From positions 323,206,001 through 323,270,000 of the forward strand of contig OZ024741.1 in NCBI GenBank assembly GCA_964016885.1: a stretch of 64,000 nucleotides of DNA, read 5' to 3'. Below the pieces are notes generated by a model. It was not told where the DNA came from and ran no database searches. It saw nothing but the letters and a program-made list of their open reading frames with translations. The stretch is from Eledone cirrhosa (Eukaryota). Below, piece after piece: positions 50,187-61,456 of the stretch. The position numbers and the translations under genes are program-made. Position 1 is the first letter of the stretch. Every line of letters begins with the position of its first letter.

Positions 50187-50636
50187 TAATGTATATACTT
50201 GTATATAAGCCAAAAAAATATGCAAAAGAAAAAAAATATATATTTGGTAAAAAATGGGGTCACTTATATTCAAGATCAATATTTTGCTGATTTTCACCAA
50301 CTTCAAATTCTTCATAAATGAGGTGCTTTGGAGGTGAAATTTTTCTTATTGTGTTTTGAATGAATATAGCCTTCAAAAGCAAAATTGGTAAAAAAAAAAA
50401 AAAATCATTACATAATGGAGTTGTGAAACAAAAACTATACTCTAAATGATGCTTAAAAGATTTTGAATATCAAAATACTAAAACTTCAGAAATATCTTCT
50501 CCATTGAAGATAATTTCAAAACCGCACCATCTAAATATGTGTTGATTACTTGCCTCAGCTTATAAACGAGGTGTGGATTTTTGTCTATTTCTCAGACATA
50601 AAGTAGAGGTCAGCTTACATTCAAGTATATTCAGTA
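50187..50636. mobile_element. Tc1/mariner-superfamily (Tc2/pogo-like) MITE
   Basis: Left end TAATGTATATACTTGTATATAAGC versus right end (reverse complement) TACTGAATATACTTGAATGTAAGC, with TA ends. The right ~120 bp is homologous to 37549-37670, which ends TATATTCGAGGATACACAGTA. Confidence 0.65.
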
Positions 50637-51082
50637 AATCAGTGCAGGCTTTCCCTGAAGAAGAAATATAGCCCAATATGTATGTTGAGAAGTGAACACA
50701 CTATTAAAAGATAGCTGAAGAAAGAGAGAAGGTAGTTGGTGTTAAGATAAATATAGTGAATGGTGACAAATATACATTCTTCTAATAAATATTTTATCTG
50801 GTCTTAGATCAAAGGTTAACCTTTATATCAACATGTCAATGTCTCTTCATAATGACCCTACTTAATGCAGCTGTACTGTGTCTCTGAATCACCCTACTTA
50901 ATGCCACTGGGACACACAACTTCATGCAAGAATCAGCTCTTTGAATTAGACTGGCTCTTTTTGTGCATCTCCTTCACTTTCTTCTGGAGTAGCACCTTTG
51001 CAATTCTGTCTGCAGAACCAGTAAAGGACAAGTGATTGAAAAAAAACATGACAGTTTAGATCATACCCTATCATCCTCATCA

Positions 51083-51236
51083 TAAAAAATAAATAAATAA
51101 ATTAAATAAATAAATAAATTAAATAAATTAAATAAATTTAAAAAATAAATAAATTAATTAATTAAATAAATTAAAAAAAAAAAAAAATCAATAAAATAAA
51201 AAATAAAAAATAAAAAAATAAAAAAATCAAAAAATC

Positions 51237-51265
<29 letters not shown>
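51083..51265 (+). repeat. A-rich low-complexity tract (AAAT/AAATT units ending in poly-A)
   Basis: Directly visible. Confidence 0.9.
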
Positions 51266-51267
<2 letters not shown>

Positions 51268-51379
51268 GATGGTAATTTAACAAAATAGTCCAAAATACAT
51301 AATGCCTGAAGAAAAATGGAATGGTCCCAGTCGCAGTGTCTGATTATAGATATGTTTTCTCAAAGCTGAATTGAATTAG

Positions 51380-51611
51380 TAGCTTTTACCATATTTTTTA
51401 CTACAAGAAAATAGTCTAATAATAAAGTATACAAGCCTTCAGAGCAGAAAAAAATGGGCATCAGCACATGTAATCAACTAACACACTTATCACAAAAAAG
51501 TATGAGATGATGGTTCAGTTCCCATGTATGCTGATGTCCATTTTTTTCCATTCTGAGGGCTTATGTGCTTTATTTGACTCTTTCCTGTAGTCAAAAATAT
51601 GGCAAAAGCTA
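51380..51611. mobile_element. Fold-back MITE-like element with ~90-bp imperfect arms
   Basis: TAGCTTTTACCATATTTTT...AAAAAAATGGGCATCAGCA is mirrored by TGCTGATGTCCATTTTTTTT...AAAAATATGGCAAAAGCTA; TA at both ends. Confidence 0.8.
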
Positions 51612-52200
51612 GAAGACGGCAGCTAATGGAATTTGAAAATTCCATTAGCTGCCATCTTCAAAACAAGTGATAGTACACACACACACATTCCACTTGTATG
51701 TAAACCTAAATACAAAGTAACTAAAGCAGGTATGAACAATTTTAATCAATCAAGTTACAATCAATCAAATTTCTTTAACTGGTGCAACCAGACATTGGGG
51801 TGCCACTATGTTTTCACAATCAGCAGTTACCACTCCATTTTAGAAGACTTGGAATGGTGCGGATAACACTCTTTGGAAGATAGTTTCCAATTTTAGAATA
51901 TTATTGTTGAATGAAGAAGTGCCAGGAGGCCCAAGTGAAAGACAAAATACAACATGGATAGAGGTGGTGAAAGCTGATCTCAAGAAACTGAAGCTCACAA
52001 AGGAGATGACAGAGGAAAGGAAATAGTGAAGAGATGCAGTACTGGTAAGAAGTTATCTAATCCATGCAAGGATGTTAAAATGTTGATTATGACCAAGAGA
52101 TAAAATGAAGACCAGCAAAATTTTGAGAATATTTACTATCTATAATTTAAAAAACAGGATTTTTTTTTTCTCTCTCAAAATTAGGAACAAAGACAAACCA

Positions 52201-53662
52201 TGGAGAGAGAGAGAGGGGGCGAGAGAAAGGGAGAGAAGGGGAGAGAGTGGAGAGAAGGGGAGAGAGTGGAGAGAAGGGGAGAGAGTGGAGAGAAGGGGAG
52301 AGAGTGGAGAGAAGGGGAGAGAGTGGAGAGAAAGGGAGAGTGTGGAGAGAAAGGGAGAGTGTGGAGAGAAAGGGAGAGTGTGGAGAGAAAGGGAGAGAGT
52401 GGAGAGAAAGGGAGAGAGTGGAGAGAAAGGGAGAGAGTGGAGAGAAAGGGAGAGTGTGGAGAGAAAAGGAGAGTGTGGAGAGAAAAGGAGAGTGTGGAGA
52501 GAAAAGGAGAGTGTGGAGAGAAAAGGAGAGAAAAGGAGAGTGTGGAGAGAAAAGGAGAGAGTGGAGAGTAAGGGAGAGAGTAGAGAGAAAAGGAGAGTGT
52601 GGAGAGAAAAGGAGAGAGTGGAGAGTAAGGGAGAGAGTAGAGAGAAAGGGAGAGAGTAGAGAGAAAGGGAGAGAGTAGAGAGAAAGGGAGAGTGTGGAGA
52701 GAAAAGGAGAGTGTGGAGAGAAAAGGAGAGTGTGGAGAGAAAAGGAGAGTGTGGAGAGAAAAGGAGAGTGTGGAGAGAAAAGGAGAGTGTGGAGAGAAAA
52801 GGAGAGAGTGGAGAGTAAGGGAGAGAGTAGAGAGAAAGGGAGAGAGTAGAGAGAAAGGGAGAGAGTAGAGAGAAAGGGAGAGAGTAGAGAGTGGAGAGAA
52901 AGGGAGAGAGTGGAGAGAAAGGGAGAGAGTGGAGAGAAAGGGAGAGAGTGGAGAGAAAGGGAGAGAGTGGAGAGAAAGGGAGAGAGTGGAGAGAAAGGGA
53001 GAGTGTGGAGAGAAAGGGAGAGTGTGGAGAGAAAAGGAGAGTGTGGAGAGAAAGGGAGAGTGTGGAGAGAAAGGGAGAGTGTGGAGAGAAAAGGAGAGTG
53101 TGGAGAGAAAAGGAGAGTGTGGAGAGAAAAGGAGAGTGTGGAGAGAAAAGGAGAGTGTGGAGAGAAAGGGAGTGTGTGGAGAGAAAGGGAGAGAGTGGAG
53201 AGAGTGGAGAGAAGTGGAGAGAGTGGAGAGAAGTGGAGAGAGTGGAGAGAGTGGAGAGAAAGGGAGAGAGTGGAGAGAAAGGGAGAGTGTGGAGAGAAAG
53301 GGAGAGTGTGGAGAGAAAGGGAGAGGGGAGAGAAAGGGAGAGGGGGAGAGAAAGGGGGAGAGGGGAGAGAAAGGGGGAGAGGAAGGGGGAGAGAAGGGAG
53401 AGAAGGGAGAGAAGGGAGAGAAAGGGAGAGAAGGGGAGAGAGGAGACAGAGGGAGAAAGAGGAGAGGAGGAGAGGAGGAGAGGAAAGAGAGGAGAGGAGA
53501 GAGAGAGAGAGGGGAGAAGGAGAGAGAGAGGGGAGAAGGAGAGAGAGAGGGGAAAAGGAGAGAGAGAGGGGAAAAGGAGAGAGAGAGGGGAGGAGAGAGA
53601 GAGGGGAGAAAGAGAGAGAGGAGGGAGAGAGAGAGGAGGGAGAGAGAGAGAGGAGGGAGAGA
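52201..53662. repeat. 1.46-kb purine-strand minisatellite, 19-bp unit GTGGAGAGAAAGGGAGAGA and variants
   Basis: Roughly 55-60 regular units at 52230-53330, decaying into irregular GA sequence; the + strand has almost no C. Confidence 0.97.
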
Positions 53663-56600
53663 ATAAATATATAGCACTAGATACAGCTGCTGCAGTGAGC
53701 AGTTTCTAATGCTAAAGCAGAGTTCATAAAAAGATAGTTGAAAACAGTTCAATAGAAGCTAGTTTACAGTAAACTGAATCTCATAGAAATCAATGTAAAC
53801 AGACAGGGTTGTCTGGTTAAAAACCTCGTTTTGCAACAATGTGGTTTCAGGTTCATTTCTACTGTACAGTATTAGGGTGTCTACTATAGCCTAAGGTTCA
53901 ATAATATCTTGTGAATGTAATTTGGTAAACAGACTATTGACGACTGGAGTTGTTGTACTTGTTGCCTATTTTGCAATATTATCTGAGGCATGTGGCTCCT
54001 CCTCTTTTGTTGAGTTATACATGATGGCTGCCCCCCCCCCCCTTCCCCCTCGTTATCGAGTATGGCCATTGCACAATATAACATTATTAATAATTATCAA
54101 TTAATGCTATCATGCAATCCTGTGCATGAAGATTTTTTTTTAAAGTGAGGAAATGCTGTGCACTAAGCCAATCCCACACTCTGAGCGACAGTAGCTATAA
54201 CCCAAAAAGAAGAAAAGATCAACATCATTGGTAACTACTGAGTCGCAGGTTTTATATCAGAGTTATCCCAGTGTCCTGAGTTGCCTTCTCCTAGAAGAAT
54301 GCTCTGACAAAGGCTAAGGTCCTTCACACACACACACATATATCTATATATATAATACTTAAACACCGTCTTAGTGCTACTGCCAATTGAATATAAACAG
54401 CCAAGTTCGCACTATATGCAAATAACCATTTCCAGCCAATGTTTTCTATATAGACTAGTCTATTTCCAAGCCAGTACGGTTTGAGTGAGTATCACTGATG
54501 TAAGATTAACAAATCTTGAAACTACGCTATATGATATTCTCAGATTGTGCTGGCAACTGTAATATATTCACAGAGGAACAGAGAAAAATAAAATATTTTC
54601 ATTAAGAAAAAATATTTTTTTTCAATAGTGAGGCTACCCATATTTTTATTGTATATAAACGTATATGTTTATGTTTTCAAATACAAGTATACTATACTTA
54701 AACACTGTCTTAGTGCTAGCACCATATATGCATATATGTATGCGTATGCATAAGGATTTCTCCACTACATCTCTTTCTTACCCTCTCTCCTTCTCTGGAA
54801 GAAATCGGCTGAGATCACATCTAGAAAGGGGATGGGCTCTGCCAAGTTTTAAATATCTATGCCTACAAGGCCCCTAAGACTCCATCAGGAGTTATGCCCC
54901 ATAACTTAGTTCAACAAACAGGTATCATGCTGAATCTCCATAAGAATTACATTAAGGTACATGTGTATGTGGAATGTTCAGCCACATTGTTAATTTCACA
55001 AGCAGACTATCCAGTTGATAAAACAAATGGAACACTCATTGTGAAACAGATTAAGGTCCATTTATGACATCCACTGCTTAAAATCTATCAACATAGCATT
55101 ATGAACACTAAAGAAATAGATTCCTTTATAATAAACCTTTCTATCCTACATAGGAGGTGCAAAATTGTTTAACTCTCTTACCATATTTAAAATGAAAGAC
55201 AGTGATAAAATTTTTCAAATCATAGTGAAAACTATCAAGAACTTGGAGTAATTTAGTAAGATAACTTTCTCAAGAAGATTATATTTGGAACATAGTTTAA
55301 AGGTTCTTTAAACACTTTAAAATCAAGTTTTGTATTATAGAACAAAGGGTTGTTTTAGGTACCCTGGTATCAAAATGGCCAAAAGGTTAATTAATACCCT
55401 TATAATCAACATTTCTAATATACATAGGAAATGTAAAATTGAGTTTTATTAACAATCTTCTACACTATCAACTATAGTGTTGACTGACTAGCTCCATAGT
55501 CCTAACACAATTTCAACCAGTGGAACCTCATCAAAATCAACTATAGGGTGAGTGACCAGCTCTACAATCCATTAACACAATTTTGGTCAGCAGAGCTATA
55601 TCAAGCTCAGTGTCAATTTCCTTACACATAACTATTTCATTTAAATTTCTCTTTAATCTTTTTGATACTAAACCACCCCTGGTTCTATGATTCAAAACTT
55701 TATACTAAATTGCTTAAATTTATTTAAAAACCTATCAATTTTATGTAAGCACCTTTAAATTATGTTCCGAACACCAGATTAATAATGAAAAAGTTACATT
55801 ACAAAATCCTTGTAATTATTTTTAAACCATAGGCAGTCTCATTAAAAATATAGTAACAAAAGGGAAATGAGAAAGTTATATTACTAAATCACTTCAGATT
55901 CTTGATTAGTTTCAAACTTATTTGAAAACCATTAAGTAGTGACTTTCATGAAAAATATGTAATGAAACGGTTAAAAATTAACATTACCAATACTGACATC
56001 AAGAAAAAGACTAACTTTCCAAATGTTACCTTGAGCAGCAACATAAAATTTGACAGAATATACAAAAGAAAGACAAAATCCAGTTTTAAAAATCTATATA
56101 GTAGCTGACAGCTGTAGTTTGTCACAGATGTTACTTCAACTATTCAACAACATACACTGTGTTATGTAGCTATGGGGAGATCTTGTTTAACCTCAGATCA
56201 ACCTGACATGATCAAAGACACTGTAGCTGTGAACATCTTGTCTTTCCAGACAGTTGATCTCATACCACATTATACAAGAAATCCATTTTTTTCTCAAGAC
56301 TGTAAGATGAAATTTGAGAGAGATTTGGCTGCTTATTTTAACAGGCTAAGCAACCATGTAAGAAGTTCCAACTTGTATGGCAAAAAGTCTCTAGTCACTA
56401 TAACTAAATACTCATCTAATGAATATAGGGTCGTGAGGACCTTTTAGTCTGGCTGAAGACATAATCTGTCTAGTGTTTAACGGAGCAACAATAAAATGTA
56501 CCAAATACACTATTTAAAATGGTTTATGTTAGGAAGGACATTCAGCCATAGAAATCATGCCAAAAAAATTGGAATGTACAAGTAAGACAGGTCTTGGAAA

Positions 56601-57763
56601 CCTGTCCAGGAAAGCAGTAAATGAATAAAAACTGACTGACCATGACAACTGGCATGTAAAGTGGGTATATGATAATGGTAATTATTAATAATTATTACTT
56701 CAATGAAATGAAGGCAGACTTCCATGAGAAATGTAAATTAAGAGTGAAGGTAAATGACGAGTTTTAACAAGATTAGCTGGAAATACATTCAAGGAAAGAA
56801 ATTAATTGTCAGATCAGACAAAAGAAGCAATGTTTCCATTGGTCCCTCCAATGCTGGTACTTTTTGTCAGTCAGATTCCTGGTAGAAGGAAGCAAGATTT
56901 GAACTCAGAATGCATCAGAACCATATCAGATACTGCAAAGCAACTAATTGTGCTAATCCATTACCCATAGGCTGGTACTTTATCGACTCCATAAGGATGA
57001 TAGGCAAAGTTGACCACGACAGGATTTGAACTCACAGTGCAGAGAGTCGAGACAAATAGGTATTTAATCTGACACTTTAACAACTGCCAATTTGCACCCA
57101 TTCCGAAAAACTAAATAAAAAAGTAAATTTTACGGAGTCAATAGGTAGCAGTGTTTGTTACATAACTATTACAATACAGAATCCTTATTAACTTATTTCT
57201 TTTCTAGTAACACTAGATTATTTCAGTAAGCTATTCTAAACAAGTTACTATGAAAATTATGAACAGCCAGACAACAAAAAGCCTTTTAAAGCCATTTACC
57301 CTTGCTAAAAGAAGGAGTTAGTCATTTAAGATCTATGATAGGCTTCTTCATTTTGCCCTGTCTGCAACCTTCTCTTCCCAAACACCTGGCTTTCATTACC
57401 TTCTCCAGAATCCTTAACCATGTATTTCTTGGTTTTCCCTTTCTTATCCCTTCCATATTTATTTCCATCACTCCTCTCACCAAGTCACTTTTATGCTTCT
57501 TCAATACATGACCCAATCATCTCATTCTATTTTTCTTCCCAACATTCATTGCTGGCTCTATTCCCACCAACCACTGCAATTCATTCAATGTCTTCCTCTC
57601 TCTAAGCTCTATTCCACTCATCCACTAAACCATTCGGTATGAACAGCCAGAATTTAAATTTATATAATAGTCCTTAAGACTGACACTAAACCTATATAAA
57701 ACACAATAAGTATATATTAAAAGAGTTATAAAAAAATGTCTTCATAATAAAACTAACAATTTC

Positions 57764-57950
57764 ATTGGCAGTATCGGTAGAGAGTCGGACACCATGCTTT
57801 GCAGCATAGAGTTACAGTCCTTTATGATCTAATCCCGTTCAAATCCCGCCGAGGTTAACTTTGCCTTTCATCCTTATGGCGTCGATAAAATAAAGTACCT
57901 GTAATGCACTGGGTAATTGCTGGCCTTTGCCAAAAGTAGAAACAATTATT
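57764..57950 (+). mobile_element. SINE family A (short variant)
   Basis: Homologous to 44397-44580. A 5'-truncated copy lies at 24243-24342, and older copies at ~56970-57092 (-), 62190-62270 and 63260-63335. Confidence 0.88.
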
Positions 57951-59695
57951 ACATTTTTTATTCATTTATTTTTATGCTTTTTTCTGTTAAAGTCTTCTAA
58001 CACCACCTATCCACAACTGCCTCTATTAAAGTGTTTAAATTTAAATTCAAATTTTGGACAGAAATCTTATATTTCAGAAGTTCTTTATTTTTTAAATTAT
58101 TAGTAAATCATAGTCCTTATGTCTCATTAAAACTGGTAATGAAAGACATTGGCGTTTGAAACAATGGTTCCAAGCCTTTTAACTACAAAGAAGCTTGTTT
58201 ATTTACATGAATTTTCCCAGGGCTCGAAGCTTCTGATATTTGTCCAATCTGGGCAGAGCCCCAGGTGTGTGCAGTTTAGAGATTTCGAACTGCTAGTTTA
58301 ACACTTTTGTTCCTATATTTATAATGAAATATACAATATTTAAATTAATGAAAGATTTACCAAAATAATTCATTATTCCATTATCAAATTATGTTGGAAG
58401 ATTGTAATTTAAATAGGAACCCTTTAAAACAGGTGGTTTTGTTTCATAAAGCCAGAATCAGTTGGGTTGGGTTGGTATCAAAAAGGTTAAAAACTACCTT
58501 TGTTAAGTAAAACAATGTTGTTTACTGGGAATGTTTTGTTAAATGAATATGTTAACTGTTCTGATAAAGACAAAACAAAATTTTTAAAACATGAAAATAA
58601 AAAAGATCAAACTTCTATTGTATTTTTCAATGTATGCAAACACGTGTCAAATAACATCTTAGCATTTCAAAGAGAGAATTTATGTGAAAATATTAATCAT
58701 AGGGGTTAAGGAATTCATTTCACCATCAAAATTTCAGCTTCAGTCCAACTGTGCAGCACCTTGGACAAGTGTATTCAGGATAACCAATGCCTAGTGAGTG
58801 AAATTTTGTAGACAGAAACTGTAGAATCCTACTAAACAAAAACGTTGAGAGGACCCTTCAGTAGTGTCAAGAACATGACAGTCTCCCTAGTGTTGGTGAT
58901 CTACACACTAAACATACCTAGTACATGCTGTAGAGTGATTGGTGATAGGGAAAAAAAAATCCAGCCACAAAAGCTTGCCAAACAAAGAGTTGGGAAGACC
59001 CTTCAGTTGTGTTAAAGACATGACAACCTGTCTAGTGCTGGTAAAATGTGAGACTATGTGAACGAGATGCAAACCCCTGGCCTGTCTGTGAGGTCAGTAG
59101 CACTACTTCAGTACTGACTTGGTCTATAAAGACCCATACAACCCTTGCTAGCAGGTAAAACAGACATTAAACGATAATGATGATGGTGGTAGGTGTTTGA
59201 CAAAAAAGATTGATATTAGTACAAGACTTGAAAAAATAAGTCCTAGTTCAAAATGATCTAATTTAAGATAATGTCCCAGCATGACCGCAGTCTAATGACT
59301 AAAACCAGTAAAAAGAGAAAAACTAAAGTTCCAGAACAATCTAGAAGCTAACAACACATGGCTGTTGTATATTGAAATATCAAATATAAATCTCTCGTTC
59401 ATGAGGCTCCCACCCCCACCTGTCATGACTGACCAACAAAGTTCCTCTATAAGCCCAGTCAAGGTGTTTAGTGGAAGACCAACAGGTCACCCATGCATGC
59501 CAGTCTCCTTCTCCATGACACCAATGTTGCCTAAAAGAAAATCAAAGGCTGTCATTTAAACGATGATGATAATGATGATACAGATTGGCACCAGTAATGC
59601 TGCAAATAATTTTTACACTTCAAATTTGTCCAACTCCCATGAGTGAAGCTATCCAATTTTTCCATCTTCAGGGGCTTGTATACTAGGATAATTTC

Positions 59696-59698
<3 letters not shown>

Positions 59699-59758
<60 letters not shown>

Positions 59759-59764
59759 AAGAGA
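59699..59764. repeat. (GA)n microsatellite
   Basis: Directly visible. Confidence 0.95.
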
Positions 59765-61239
59765 CAGGCAGAGATAATCCACTGACAATTATATTTCATC
59801 AACACTAACTGCTTGAACCAGTATGCTTTTATCTAAACTTCCACACAAAGAATATTACCAAACTGATACATCAACCAACTTATTGGTTGTCATTTAAAAT
59901 TATCAACAACTGACTGCCTATTAAAGATAGAAGGACCAGCATCCATAGGTTTCTTACAAAGGCTAACCACTGTTTTAAAATACTTGTTTGGTGAACAAGA
60001 GCAAAAAGTATTGAAGTGCTTGCTCAACACACTACTCGATCTGGGGATCAGACTCATGACATTACAATTGTCAGCCAAACAGCTTAACCATTAGGCCACA
60101 CACCATCAAGGATAGTGTGTGAATGTGTATCTAAGTGCTTTCTTTAACAGTCACATAAACATTTGACAACAAATTTATCAATATATTTTAGAGATGGTAT
60201 GTTAATTTCCAATAAAATACTCTTACATTAGGTATTATATGAGTTAGTCAATCCAACAATGTAACATTAGACAAACTTCTATTACTAAACAGATGACAGT
60301 ACACTAATATAAACAAGACAAAGACCAATGGTCCACAAGAAAATCACTTTCAATAAAATTTGATTTTAAAAATACATTAGCCCCACCCCCCAAATGGTGG
60401 GTAAACAGACTTTTACAACAAAGAAAGGATGCTCTGACCCTATTGAGTACCTAACATCTCTAGTGTTGGTATAATAATAAAATTCCTCCTATACATTCTG
60501 TAAAACAGTTGACAATATAGGATAGAAGTTACTCTCCAATCTGGGATGCCATGATAACATGCAACCAGTACATTCTACAAGATGGTTACTGTTAGGAGGG
60601 GCATGAAGCCATAGAAACCATGCCAAATATGGAATGCATGAACAAGATGTGGTCTCCACAGTCTATCTAGTCTCAGACAGTGACAATCTGTCCAACCCAT
60701 CCCAGCATGAAAGGAAGATGTAAAAGGGTGACGATATAAATAAAAGCAAAGATAAGATGATAAGCTCCCTATAATTAATATAACTGAGGAAACTTATGAG
60801 ATGCAACTTCATAAATCAGCTTGACCAGTATAGGTGTGAGCTGGAAATTTTTTTTTTTTTTTTTTTTTTTTTGAAATGCAGTTGACTTTTCTTTGAATGG
60901 AAACAATAAAAGTGAAGGAATGCAACAATTCTTTAGCAAATATCCATTTTGGGAGGAAAATAATTGTAAAGTTTTGAAGGTTACACAAACTTATTAAAAT
61001 GTCAAACTATTGTGACTATAGTTTATTTTAAGGGGACATTCAAGCCAATGCCACAGCTTATGTGGTTGCTCAATCTGCTAGAAATAACAGCCAAATCTCC
61101 CTCAAATTCCATCCTACTCTCTTTAATCCATTTGTAACCACATTTTTAATGAAGTACACTATTTCAATTAATTGATAATTTTGAGGGATTTGCTAAACTT
61201 ATTAATTATTCTATTACTAATATAATAACACATTGTTCA

Positions 61240-61456
61240 CTGTAAAGAGGACATGTAGGCGCCACGGAAAAAAAGCACCGAGCACTCACTGTAAATGAGG
61301 TTGGTGTTAAGAACATCAAGCTGTAGAAATCAAGCAAAAATCAGTTCCCGTATGAGCAAGACAAGGTCAGCCAACCTAATATTGCCCACAACAGGACAAC
61401 CCGTCTAACCCATGCTAGCGTGGAAGAATCGACATAAAACGGTGATGATGATGAGG
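61240..61456 (+). mobile_element. 5'-truncated SINE family B with an 8-bp TSD, nested in a P2 MITE (61123-61575)
   Basis: ATTGTTCA at 61232-61239 and 61457-61464; body GCCACGGAAAAAAAGCACCGAGCACTCACTGTAAATGAGG; (GAT)n tail. Confidence 0.82.

Noticed and set aside
51083-51265. Poly-A tail of a processed pseudogene
   Set aside because: No recognisable coding sequence upstream and no TSD found.
52105-53752. Long ORFs (523 aa S/P/L/F-rich on -, E/R/G-rich on +)
   Set aside because: Open in many frames only because the GA minisatellite lacks stop codons; the 19-bp unit is not a multiple of three.
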